From Diplonema papillatum (Eukaryota), in the NCBI GenBank assembly GCA_030068145.1, contig JAPJBO010000148.1, positions 144,409-208,408 on the forward strand: DNA of 64,000 nucleotides, read 5' to 3'. Below the pieces are notes generated by a model that had not been told where the DNA came from, searched no databases, and saw only the letters and a list, made by a program, of their open reading frames with translations. The position numbers and the translations under genes were made by a program. The stretch's first letter is position 1. Every line of letters starts with the position of its first letter. Positions 1-10,299 of this stretch are shown here, in pieces.

Positions 1-1802
1 GACCGGCGACACGACCTGTGACCCGCTCTGGTTCGAAGTCGGCGAGAGGCACTCCGTCGAAATGGGGGGTGGAGCCATGAAGGTCTGCGGGAGCGTCGAC
101 TGGCTGGTCAGCGGGACTGTTGGCGACGTGAGGTTGCCCTGGGCTGCGGGCGTCGACGGCGATGGGCTGAGTTGGTGGAGGACGTTCGACGGCGAGATGA
201 GAGATGGGGAGTGCGGGACGGAGTGGGTCTGGCTGTGTTGGTACATCGCCGGCGTCGCGCCGGACGACAGCGCGAATCCGGACGCCATCGCAAGCATCCG
301 CTGGTGCTCCATGCTGTTGTAGTCCTGCGACGGTCCGGCCATCTGCGTCTCCGGGATCGAGTACGGCTGGTTGGTCTGCGGAAACAGCGCGTAATGCTGC
401 GGAGTCGGCGCCTGTCGCGTGTCCGAACACGGCGAGATCAACCCACCCTGCCCGGCCGTCGGGGAGCTGTTGCCGAGCGGCGTGGCCAGCGGCGTTGCCA
501 TCAACGAAGGGATCGAGTCCTTCCGCATGTCGGACGGGCTGTGCACATTGTGCGGCGTCGACCCCGGCTGCAGCGGCAGGTTGCTGATGTAGCCTGCGTT
601 CGTCTGGATCCCGGGTGCGAACCCACGCCTCACCGCGAGCGGAGACCTGGCGTCAGCCCTGACCTGCTGCGGCATGTTGCCCGCGCTCGTGTTGATAGAC
701 GGCGGCGGCGGCCGGGTGTGCGACGCGTGCGTGTGGTGCGTGGGCGGCGCTGGGTGCTGCTCCGTCCCGCCGATCGGCGAAGGCGGGCACATGTTCGAAT
801 GGTTCGCGGGGGTGGCCGGCGCAATCGACGCCGGGGACATCAGCGGGGGGGGGTCCTGCCCGCCGATCGAGCTGACTGGCGAAGGAATCTGTCCGCCCAT
901 GCCCATCGTCGGGAAGATCGCGTTCTGGTACGGGGAGAGCTGCAGCCCCTGCGTGGGGATCGCCATCGAAAGCTCGTGGACCGGCGTGTTGATCTGCGAG
1001 TTCCTCTTCTTCTTGAAGTCTTGCAGCTCCGCGCGAAGCTCGTCGCCGGCTTTTTTCGGCTCCTGCAGGACTATGTGATACTTCGGGCCTCCCTCCGTCG
1101 ACGCGAATTGTCCAACCTCCTCTGGGAACCACGTTTTCATGCCGTGTTCGACGTTCATCATGTCGCCCGGGGCGGACTTGACGGAGGCGAGGAACTGCTG
1201 GTGCTGGGAGGGTTCTTCTTCGTAGTCGTTCCGCGGGGCGAGGGGTGGGTCGGATGAGGACATGGGTTGGTTGGCTTTGTCGGCCTTCTTCTTGTATACG
1301 TGCAGCATCTGGCAAGAATCGCCCTTCTCGCAGTGGCCGTGCAGGAAGTACGAGCAGCGAGGCACGGGCATCTGGAGCTTCCACTTGGCCAGGCATGCGC
1401 GGCACTGCAGGATCTTCGCGTGCCGTCGAGTCCGGACGTCGTCCCACGCGTTGTGCTGGCACGGTCGGGTCATCTCGGGCGGGGCCCTGCCGTTGCGCAC
1501 GGCGGGGTTGTTGGTGACGTCGTCATCTTCGTCGTCGTTCTCTGCGGCCGTGGGTGACCCGACGCCCCCTTGGCCCAGGGGGCGGAGCCCCCTGGGCGAG
1601 GCGGCCGCCTTGCCCATCCCCTTCGTCGCCGCCTGCAGCTGGAGCTGCTGCTGCTGGAGCTGGATCTGCTGCTTGTGGATCTGCTGCTGCAGCTGGATCT
1701 GCTGCTGCTGCAGCTGCTGCAGCTGCAGCTCGCGGCTCATCGGGTCGGCGCCGTGCTGCTGCGTCCCGGGCAGCATCGGGATGGTCGCGCCCGTGGAGTA
1801 CA
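1..1802 (-). CDS. CCCH zinc-finger / polyQ, Ser-Pro-rich protein (partial; continues past window start)
   Basis: Hand translation of the minus strand. ATG at 1800-1802 (MYSTGATIPMLPGTQQHGADPMSRELQLQQLQQQQ...), then a tandem CCCH-type motif (CQHNAWDDVRTRRH... CSYFLHGHCEKGDSCQMLH = C-x7-C-x5-C-x3-H), then a long S/P/T-rich tail. The frame stays open to position 1. It is absent from the ORF track, presumably because it runs off the edge. Confidence 0.55.
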
Positions 1803-1904
1803 TTCCCCCTCCGTCTTGTATTGTTTTCGTCCTGTTCGGGTTTGAGGTTCACGGTCGGCCAACACCTTTGTTCTCTTGAAAGGATGCTACCCTACGTAAC
1901 TGCT

Positions 1905-2700
1905 TTTAGACGGCTGCCCATGTATGCCTGATGTTGCAGGGAATAGTTGACTAAAGCTCTTTTGAGTTTGCACTGCTCACGAGGAAACCCCAAAACGAAA
2001 CCTAGAAAGTATTGCGGATGCTGCGGGGAATAGTTGGTTGAACCTCTTGGGCGGCGGGGTTGTTGATCATGTCGTCGTTTTCGGCAGCCGTGGGGGCCGA
2101 CGCCCCCTGGCCGCCTTGCCCATCCCCTTGGTCGCCGCCTGCAGCTGGAGTTGCTGCTGCTGCTGCTGCAGCTGCCGCAGCTGCAGCTCGCGGCTCATCG
2201 CGTCTCGGGCAGCATCGGGATGGTCGCGCCCGTGGAGTACATTTCCCCTCCGTCTTGTGTTGTTTTCGTCCTGTTCGGGTTTGACCTTTGTTCTCTTGAA
2301 AGTATGCTACCCTACGTAACTGCTTTAAGACGGCTGCCCATGTATGCCTGATGTTGCAGGGCATAGTTGACTAAAGCTCTTTTGAGTTTGCACTGCTCAC
2401 GAGTGCAGGATTCGAAAAACCCTAAAACGGAATCCAGAAAGTATTCCGGATGCTGCGGGGAATAGTTGGCTAACCCTCTTGGGCTGCGGGGGTTGCTGGC
2501 GACGTCGTCGTCTTCGTCGTCGTTTTCGGCGGCCGCGGGGGGGGGGGACCCGACGCCCCCCTGGCCCAGAGGGCGGAGCCCCCTCGGCGAGGCGGCCGCC
2601 TTGTCAATCCCCTTGGCCGCCGCCTGCAGCTAAATTTGCTGCTGCTCGCGGTTCATCGGGTCGGCGCCGTGCTGCGTCCCGGGCGGAGTCGGAAAACATA
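1905..2700 (-). repeat. two degenerate tandem re-duplications of the 5' end / upstream region of the 1-1802 gene
   Basis: 2040-2400 and 2470-2700 repeat the 1490-1990 block (the ...gtcgtcgtt..gccgtggg..ccccctggcc...cctgcagctggag(ctgctg)n...catcgggatggtcgcgcccgtggagtacat...ctgatgttgcagggaatagttgactaaagctcttttgagtttgcactgctcacgag motif). The CAG/CTG tract is shortened in the distal copies. Confidence 0.6.
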
Positions 2701-3334
2701 ACGTAACCTACAGCAGGACCGACCCCCTTTCGTGAGAAATGGCACATAGTAAGGCCTGGTGCTGGGGTCCTGATGCATGTGGTACCGGTATACGTGTACA
2801 TGGTATGCGTAGGGTATGGGTAGTATGTACGTACGTATGCATACACCGTACTCCGTCGGACCTCGGCTGAGTGAGTTGGGCCTTACGTTTTGCGCCACAA
2901 ACAAATCAGCGCCGGTGGTAAATGACCTGAAACCCAGCTCGATTCTAAACCTGGGGGGTCGACGTCAGGGCAACTCTAACGCTAGCAGCGATTTTCTGCG
3001 GATGAAAACAGGGCAACCGAGTAACAGCACACGGCGGGTTCTTGTAGTAACAGCCGGTGGTCGATCTACTTCAAAAAATGTTTGCGACGCTCGAAAGCAG
3101 CTGTTTTTCATGTGTCGCCGCTACTGACCGGTTGCGGAGAAAAGGAACGCGGAAGACGAAAAGATGAAGACTCGGGCAACTAGCAGTCCCGTGTCCTGCG
3201 CTAGGTACCACAGGTTTTCCCCGAGCGTGCGTACACTGCAGGAAAACACGGCAAGATGTCTCGAAAGTGTGGCAATACAGTGAGCCGCTGCAGTATGTAA
3301 CTAGGGTGTCACTAACTGTTTGCGTGGGTGGGTG

Positions 3335-3605
3335 TTTAAGTTCAGGGCTGAGTGGGTAACGTCTGAATCGAAGTATAGCCCACTTGTCACTTTCACCAGT
3401 CAGCTTTGAGTTTCCGACACGCTGCTTTTGGGTCCTGTGACTCCTCTCCGAAGGGTGGGTGGGGCGGACGGATAGAGTGTGGGAGGCTGTCAGCTTCTGT
3501 TTTCATCTTGCGGTGTTTTCGGCCCCGTGCAACAGCTGAGTGTCTTTACACAGGCGGCACATCTCACCCGAGGATGTGGCAAGCTCTCTCTGTGCAATGA
3601 GCTTG
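3335..3605 (+). repeat. dispersed repeat family B, copy 1 (~270 bp)
   Basis: Near-identical to 27825-28100 (gtaacgtc..aagtatagcccacttgtcactttcaccagtcagctttgagtttccgacacgctgcttttgggtcctgtgactcctctccgaaggg...ggaggctgtcagcttct...gttttcatcttgcggtgtt...ccccgtgcaacagctgagtgtctt). Confidence 0.6.
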
Positions 3606-4232
3606 GCCTGACTAGCTGTTCCAAACTCCTGGTGCAAGCACCCGTCATGGTCGGCAGTCGCCACCTGGGTCACAGTTTTGAGTCCTGTTCCGAGACTCGC
3701 TCGCACGGGGAAGTGGCGCGAATCACTTGTCGCCAAGCATTCTGCAATGCTGACTGCTACCCCTGGGTGTGTGTGTGAGTGTATGGTGGTGGTGTGTGCG
3801 TGTTTGTGCCACCTTTACATGTCCCAGGCACAGCATCGGACTTCGCCAGAATATTTCTGCCCAGAATCTCCCTCTTTCGGCATCGTCTCGTATATTTCTG
3901 TCGAGAAGGCACACATCTGAGCAGTTCGGACGCCGCGCCCTCGATGGTGGAAAACATGTGCCAAGTGTTTGCTCGATTTTTTACCCGTCACGCTTTGCCT
4001 ACCAAGGAAAGCGTTGCTGGGCGTTCGACGACGCACCCTGCGGGGTTCACTGCAGCGGATGGTAGGAGGTGTGGTAGAAGAAGATGCCAGTCCGTTGGAT
4101 TTCGACGATCAGCGTCAGTCCCAGCCTTTGAGGCCCTTTTCGGCGCCATGCACGCCAAAGACGCATTTGCACGAGCGATCTTACACCGCGGACTTCGCTG
4201 AGCATTCTTCATTCCTGAGGTCTGCGCGCCCA

Positions 4233-4530
4233 CGTGAAGGATACCCGAGCATTGAGTTCTTTTAAGTACATGAACCACATGGATTAGCATGCACTGCCTT
4301 GAAAGTCAGGTTATCGGATGACGTCGTCACCTGCCATTGCGTCGTCAAGGTCGAGCATTTGTGGAGCTAGCGGGGTTTGGCTTTCTTGCGATTCCAGAGA
4401 CTGAGTCGGCGAGTACGAGGGCGGGCACGTGTGTCCGTTTTTCACTTTCGAGGGCGTTGGTGTGCCCGTGAAGGATACCCGAGCATTGAGTTCTTTTAAG
4501 TACATGAACCACATGGATTAGCATGCACTG
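4233..4530 (+). repeat. dispersed short repeat family C (two copies ~230 bp apart; further copies at 21480-21530, 42940-42990 and inside the 416-bp satellite)
   Basis: gtgaaggatacccgagcattgagttcttttaagtacatgaaccacatggattagcatgcactg occurs at 4233-4295 and 4463-4530. Related gcattgagtt..tgcatgaaccacatgcattagcatgcact occurs at 21480, 42940 and 10480. All copies are in the same orientation. Confidence 0.5.
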
Positions 4531-5330
4531 GCAGGATACCCGAGCAGAATGACCTGCGGGCTGCTGCGTTTTCAAAATCTGCAGACGGAGACGTCTGATT
4601 GACTTCCCGGGCAGTATCGGGGCGTGGAATCTGGTGCATGAATGTCGATGCTCCATTCCAAGAGACTTACCTCGACGAGTGGTGTTCCCACACGAGAACA
4701 CCGTACTGCAGGGCTTGTACCCTTCTCGTGGGTCCAGGCAAAGCGTGTTCATCCAGTCGGACAGCCGCGTCCGGCCGTGGATCACCTAGCCGAAGAGGAC
4801 TGCGCCCACAATTATCACCGTGTTGACGATGATCAGCGGAAATGTGGCGAGGAGCCTAATCGACGCGAGCGTGCGCACGATTTGCGCCTTGATCGTCGCC
4901 TCGCCGCCCATTGCCTCCGGCGTACTGTCGAAGCCGACTGTTGTTTGATAGGTTGTTGGGTTGGATTATTCAGCTCTCGATAGCAGTAAATTATCAAGGC
5001 CTAGCGCACACACCCGTCACGTTGCAACTCTCGACACTGCACAACCCCTAGCATCCACGACTCATCACCTGATCGAGTGCTGAGTGCACGTTCGTGTCGC
5101 AGCGTGCTTAAGAGTCGCGGGTTGGTGATAGCGTGCCTACAGTTGGGTGCGCTCAGGACTTTGGCGCATGTTCAGGTCGCGCTTGATTGTTCGCTTTGAA
5201 GTCACTCTGAGTGTCTACTGTGGGCTGTTGGCAGGTCGGCGTGCCCTTTTTTTGAGTGGAGTTGCAGGTGATGAGTCGCGAGTGTGTTAGGGATGTTGCA
5301 GCGGACGGTGCACTGCTGTTTTACGCTGAA

Positions 5331-5490
5331 GAAACGAATGAAACACGTGGTGTTGTACGCTGAGTGTTGAAACGAATGAAACACGTGGTGCTGTACGCTG
5401 AGTGTTGAAACGAATGGAGCACGTGGTGTTGTACGCCACTGGGTGTTGAAACGAATGAAACACGTGGTGTTGGACGCTGAGTGTTGAACT
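5331..5490. repeat. minisatellite, 38-41 bp unit x ~4
   Basis: Unit gaaacgaatgaaacacgtggtgttgtacgctgagtgtt recurs at 5331, 5369, 5407 and 5448. Confidence 0.7.
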
Positions 5491-5749
5491 TGAGTGGCAG
5501 TGCAGAGCGTTGAGTAAGCGAGCCCTTTGGAAAACAGGAGACTGTGCCATACATTTTCGCAGGAACCGCTTTTCGGACAAGATCGCGGCGGCGTTCAGGA
5601 GGAGCACGCAAAACTTGAACAGGTCGAACAAGCTGGAGCCCATCGTGTTCGTTCGGTTTGTCGACCCGCCCAGTCGCCTGTTGTTCAATTCTTGCAAAAT
5701 TCAGCCTGATATGTGTCGAAAGCGGCAAATTGCCCCGGCATCAGATCCC

Positions 5750-6000
5750 CACACGTTGCTTAGTTGCTGCACTGGCTGCGCACGACGCGCAGACGAGCAG
5801 CAAAGCAGCCCGCGTCGCAGGTGGCACAAACCGAGGAAGCCCGTGAGGCAGGGAGTGGAGACGAGGTGATGCAAGACGAAGGGGAAGCGCGAAGCGACCA
5901 GCCCGGACGGACCAACAAGACGCAAGACCAGGCGACCAAGAGAAGGAGGGGGACGCGACCCAGAGACCCGGGCTAAGTAGCCTGGAACTAGTGTGATGGA
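5750..6000 (+). repeat. dispersed repeat family H, copy 1
   Basis: Spurious ORF peptides on both strands match those at 52470-52720 in inverse orientation (QPASQVAQTEEAREAGSGDE vs RPASQVTQTEKARTAGSGDGE; SSGLVASRFPFVL vs SSGLVASRFLFVF). Confidence 0.45.
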
Positions 6001-6865
6001 CCTTTCTTCGGAGGGGTTCACGCACTCAAAGATCGACTTATATGCACTGGCTGCGCACACTTCCTGAACCCCAGGGCTGGGGTGCGGATAGGGTTCACCA
6101 CGACGAGAAAGCATCGGCTCAGCCTTTGAAGCACTGCAGCCTCCACTAGGCAATGTGTGGAATCTGACCCAGATCCACACGTTGCCTGCTGATGCCCTCC
6201 TCGAAACAGCCTCGGGGCCGTTCTTGCGCCGCAGGTTTTCTTCCTCAATCTCTCATTCGCTTAATCTCTGTATGTGTGCCTCTCTGAAATTCTGTGATTC
6301 GCTCAATCTCTGTATGCGTGTCTCTCCGTCTTTCTCTCCCACAGCGGACCTGGAGCCAGACGGTTTCAGGGCCGAGGCACACAAGATCTCCGGTTGCACG
6401 CAAACTCTTCCGACGTAGAAGGAAGAAAAAGGCTTCAGCGCAAAAAAGGCGGAACAAGATACTGCCTTCGAACGAAGATTTGGGGCAATGAGAACAAACG
6501 AGGAGAAAAACAGGAAAGAAGTAAAAACGGCGTTGCGGCGGGGCAACGTTGTTCCTTCACGACCCACTTGGTATGGGGTTCGCATCTAACACCGCGACAC
6601 CGTGTGCAAAGACACAGGATGTGATCACGTGATAATAGCACTCGCTAGCCCCTCATGGACGTGGGGTGCAGAGTGGTTTCTGGGACCTCGTGGACAAACT
6701 CAAGAGTTTTGTGTGTTTCTCGGGTTTGCGTCCAAACATCTATCCGCAGCAGCAAACGTTTGATCCCCTTTTGACGCGGTCTTCACCCCTGGAGGCGTAG
6801 TGTCCGAACCAGTTCGGTTCCACCTTCCCGGACATAAAGACACGTCGCCGTCCGTAAACGGGTCC

Positions 6866-7110
6866 AAAATAAGTATGGCGCTTTCTTTTGTTTGTGCGCT
6901 CCTGACGAACTCGCCTGCTGCCAACTACCAATGTTTGGTACCAACAATGCACTGCCAGCACAAAAACATGTTCACAAGTTCTCAGCAAGACACGTGAGAT
7001 CACTTGCTATTTCCATAACAAAGGTGGGTCGTGTAGGGCCGTTGGGGGGTCGGCGTGGCATCGCTGAGCGTTGGACGTTCATTTCTATGCATCTCTTTCC
7101 ACGCGGCGCG
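6866..7110 (+). repeat. dispersed repeat family I (~245 bp, SINE-like?), copy 1
   Basis: agtatggcgctttcttttgtttgtgcgc...ctgccaactac..ggtaccaacaatgcactgccagcacaaaa.catgttcacaagttc.cagca.gaca.gtgagatcacttgctatttcca...ggtgggtcgtgtagggccgttggggg...gctgagcgttggacgttcatttctatgc.tctctttccacgc. The 3' two-thirds recur at 8265-8455 and the 5' third at 47170-47290 and 53105-53230. Confidence 0.55.
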
Positions 7111-7734
7111 GATGCACGTGCTTTCTGACCATTACGCCAGCGGTCCCTCAAGATAGGCCGAGTAACAACTCCCCCCAAAAGAAACGCAGACAGGCGAGAA
7201 ACACACTTCCCATAGAATCCTTGTCGCCAAGGTGCGGCACGCTGCGATCTTCCTGAAATGGCCTGCAGGCTAGTGTTGTTGTAGCCCTAAGACGAAAGCC
7301 GTTCGGTGACCCGCTGCAGAGTTCGGAAGGTCTGCTGGGTAGCCTGCTCGCAGTGCGAGATGTGCTGCCGAGCTAAAAAAAAGCAAGGTTGTTGGATGAC
7401 GGGGCCCAAGCGGCCCATGAAGGTTTACCTGGGCAGCACGCTCGCACACAGGTACATGGAACACAAGGCCTCTGTGCCGCTTTTTCGACGGGTCAGCAGA
7501 GTCTAGCCTCTTCGCGTTGTTTCTTCGCAGGTGATCCGATGAGCCCTGGCCGTGGCACAAGCCTTGAACTGGGCAAGCTAGGTTGCTGGATGCAGGGGGC
7601 CCAAATGGCTGATACGGTCTCACCGCTACCTCTGCCTGCGCCGCCAGCGGGCAGCCGTGCCGAGAGCTTGCCGAGGTAGCATGCCGTAACGGAACGAAGA
7701 GAGAACGTGTCGCCCGCACGTCGGGCTGGCCCAC

Positions 7735-8020
7735 TGTAACGGGCCAAATTTGACGGAAAACCACTGTTACATCAATGTAATGGGCAGAAATTGACGGAAA
7801 CCCCCTGTTACATCAATGGAATGGCCCAAGTTTGACGGAAAACCACTGTTACATCAACGTAATGGGCCAAATTTGACGGAAAACCACTGTTACATCAATG
7901 TTATGGCCCAAATTTGACGGAAACCCACTGTTACATCAATGCAATGGCCCAAAGTTGGCGGAAACCCACTGTTACATCAATGTAACGGGCAGAATTTGAC
8001 GGAAAACCACTGTTACATCT
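7735..8020. repeat. minisatellite, ~41-42 bp unit x ~7
   Basis: Unit gggccaaatttgacggaaaaccactgttacatcaatgtaat repeated with point variants. Confidence 0.7.
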
Positions 8021-8264
8021 CGAGTTGAACACGGACGGCGACGAGATCTGGCGCACAGAAGAGAAGGCGCGTTCGAACCGGACACGGGGGCACTGCTTCT
8101 TCGGGCCTTGCTCCGGGAAAAGCTTGCAGCCGGTGCCGGTGAGGGTGGCGCAGGGTCAAAGACTTCTTCCGGGCGCTCTGCGCGTAGTGATCCACGTCGT
8201 CGGCGGGCCGATCCGCGCGAGCATCGACGAAGCCACAGCGTAGAACCCCTCGAACTTCTGCCGA

Positions 8265-8455
8265 TCAATGTTTGGTACCAACAATGCACTGCCAGCACAA
8301 AAGCATGTTCACAAGTTCACAGCATGACATGTGAGATCACTTGCTATTTCCACGAAGGTGGGTCGTGTAGGGCCGTTGGGGGTCTGCGTGGCCGATGGTT
8401 ACCCTCATCGCTGAGCGTTGGACGTTCATTTCTATGCCTCTCTTTCCACGCCCAG
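8265..8455 (+). repeat. family I, 5'-truncated copy
   Basis: Aligns to 6925-7100 at about 90% identity. Confidence 0.55.
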
Positions 8456-8569
8456 GTGCCGTACTTTAACGGCGCCCACTGCACTGCTCCGTCTGACTGC
8501 CTAACAGGTCGATCCACGCGCGGACCCGCTAACGAGTGCGAGATGTGCCACGTTCCGAACGGATGCGGC

Positions 8570-8805
8570 TATCTCTAGCGGCAGCCGCGCCGAGAGTTTG
8601 CCGAGGTAGCATGCGCCGGAACGGCATGCTCGAGACAATGCACGTCAGACAAGGGTTCGGTACCGCTTGATGTGCCAGGTTCCGAACTGATGCGGCTATC
8701 TCTAGCGGCAGCCGCGCCGAGAGTTTGCAGAGGTAGCATGCGCCGGAACGGCATGCTCGAGACAAGGCACGTCAGACAAGGGTTCGGTACCGCTTTGGCG
8801 CCTGG
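8570..8805. repeat. direct duplication, ~116 bp x 2 (third partial copy at 7640-7700)
   Basis: tctctagcggcagccgcgccgagagtttgc.gaggtagcatgcgccggaacggcatgctcgagacaa.gcacgtcagacaagggttcggtaccgctt occurs twice. Confidence 0.65.
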
Positions 8806-9482
8806 CCGGCGGGGCTTTCTTCGCGTTCTCTCTTGGGCGTCTGCAGGTGCTCCATGTTGGGCACGACGAGTCCGGGCCGCGGCATGGCGGAAGCTTTTGG
8901 CGGAATGCGTGAAAACAGTGCGGGGTTCGGAATCTGCGGCGCGTAGCCAGCCAATGGCGCGAGCGGCGCGAGGTTGCCGAACTGGAAGAGCGTCGGCGGC
9001 ATGCCGAAGTTGTACATCGAAGGACCGGGATTCGGCCACGCAGGGGCGGCCGGAGATGGAGCAGGTCGGCTCGATGGGGCGGAGCGGCGCGAAGACGAAG
9101 AGGGAGACGGTGTGAGGCGGTAGGGGGCGCGCGCCTGGGGCCGGGTACCGGACCCGTCGCCGGAGCGGAGCTGGCGGAGCTTCTCGCGGAGGATGATCTC
9201 GGCGGCCTTCTTCGCGCCCTTCTTCGCGTAGCCGAACTGCTTGCTCTCGGTCCGCGCGCTCTTCACCGCGCTCCGGTAGTGCGGGGAGAACGTGTCGCAG
9301 CTCGCCCACGCCGTCGCCGGGCCGATGCGCGCGAACATCGGCGAAGCCACGGCGTAGAACCCCTCAAACTTCTGCCGCCAGGTGCCGTACTTCAGCGGCA
9401 GGCGCAGAATCGTCCCCGCCGCCCGCTGCACGTGCTCCTTCTGACTGCTGAACAGGTCGATCCACGCTCGGACACGCTTCAT
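8772..9482 (-). CDS. hypothetical protein (K/R-rich N-terminal domain, P/S-rich tail)
   Basis: Minus ORF 8772..9608 in the track. The first 40 codons are read-through of the family-D element, so the likely start is the in-frame ATG (MKRVRAWIDLF...) near 9482. Residues ...KYGTWRQKFEGFYAVASPMFARIGPATAWASCDTFSPHYRSAVKSARTESKQFGYAKKGAKKAAEIILREKLRQL look protein-like. A partial antisense duplicate of the 9250-9400 segment lies at 8150-8300. The overlapping Arg-rich ORF 8575..9309 is judged spurious. Confidence 0.35.
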   Translation of the reverse strand: MKRVRAWIDLFSSQKEHVQRAAGTILRLPLKYGTWRQKFEGFYAVASPMFARIGPATAWASCDTFSPHYRSAVKSARTESKQFGYAKKGAKKAAEIILREKLRQLRSGDGSGTRPQARAPYRLTPSPSSSSRRSAPSSRPAPSPAAPAWPNPGPSMYNFGMPPTLFQFGNLAPLAPLAGYAPQIPNPALFSRIPPKASAMPRPGLVVPNMEHLQTPKREREESPAGQAPKRYRTLV

Positions 9483-9573
9483 AAGGTTCGTGTACTCCGT
9501 AGACGGCCGCTGTGGTTTGGGTTGAGTTAACCCTTTACAGACGGGGGACAATAAATATGAGACGATGCCAATA

Positions 9574-9670
9574 GGGGGGAAATCTTTAGGCAGGACACTG
9601 CCTCTCATGCATGTTTGATGCTAGCATCAACTCTTCTTCGAAGAAAGTGTAAAATAGAAATGGGAAAAAG
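9574..9670 (+). repeat. family D element (palindromic-core short dispersed element), copy 1
   Basis: gggggaaatctttaggcaggacactgcctctcatgcatgtttgatgctagcatcaactcttcttcgaagaaagtg taaaatagaaa. The core gatgctagcatc is palindromic. Confidence 0.6.
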
Positions 9671-9954
9671 GTAAAGGGTCGCAGGGTGTAAGACTCCGCA
9701 GGTATAGGGTATGAAACTTTGAGGGACTAGCCCTCTCGAACGATCAAAGGAGGTAAACTGGTGCTGTACCCCACACGAAACACAGGTAAATCTGGGTTTA
9801 GTGGCGGGCGTAAGCGTTCAACAACGTGTTGTGTGCACCTCATTCTTCGTACGGGTTTCGCTCGTGAACGCCTAATCCAGAGTTAGAGCTCATCAGCGGG
9901 TCCTTTGGACGGGGACTTTCGGTCCTGTTCCGGTGATAGGTTGGTTTCATTGTT

Positions 9955-10172
9955 CGTCGGGGGGAAATTGCAAGAACGTGCTTGGACTGGATATGTGGGC
10001 AATGGTCCCGTCTGCGCCGCGTTTCGGTCCTTTAAGCCACAGACACATAAGGCGGACCATCATCAGCGCGGAACCTGAGTGTCTGCAGCAGGGCAGCGGT
10101 GTGAGTCTGGTTTGTCGGGGGGAACGTTGTTTTTGGTGCTGGTTTGTGGGATAAGGTAAGGGAAAAAAAAGA
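9955..10172 (+). mobile_element. SINE-like dispersed element, family A, copy 1 (possibly with A-rich tail)
   Basis: (g)attgcaagaacgtgcttgga..gg.tatgtg...ggtcccgtctgcgccg.gtttcggtcctttaagccac.gacacataaggcggaccatcatcagcgcggaacctgagtgtctgcag...ggtgtgagtctggtttgtc is shared with 22770-22905 and 60975-61140. This copy ends ...ttggtgctggtttgtgggataaggtaagggaaaaaaaagaat. Confidence 0.5.
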
Positions 10173-10299
10173 ATAGGCGCGATGTTTGTTTGTACGTGCC
10201 GGGGGAGGATTAGCCTGTTCGTGAGTGATAGTGAGTGAATATGATCGGTAGGCTAAACTTCTCCCAAACACGCTGCCAGCGTTCTCTTTCGTGTTTACA

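Noticed and set aside
172-1257. Long plus-strand ORF (361 aa, extremely Arg-rich), plus the overlapping minus ORF 653..1462 and several others in 1-1900
   Set aside because: These are antisense or out-of-frame shadows of the genuine GC-rich minus-strand CCCH/polyQ gene. Their composition (R/G/A/P runs) is typical of wrong-frame reads of high-GC coding DNA.
8575-9309. Minus ORF of 244 aa overlapping the 8772-9608 ORF in another frame
   Set aside because: Arg/Pro-rich composition, and partly built from the 116-bp direct duplication. Judged a frame shadow of the neighbouring ORF.
9955-10135. Family A element as a 5S-rRNA-derived SINE or an snRNA gene
   Set aside because: Only a short, loose resemblance to the 5S segment CCCGTCCGATCTGCG...TTAAGC. 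The order of other 5S blocks is not preserved and no A/C-box or B-box could be recognised by eye. I kept it as SINE-like of unknown origin.
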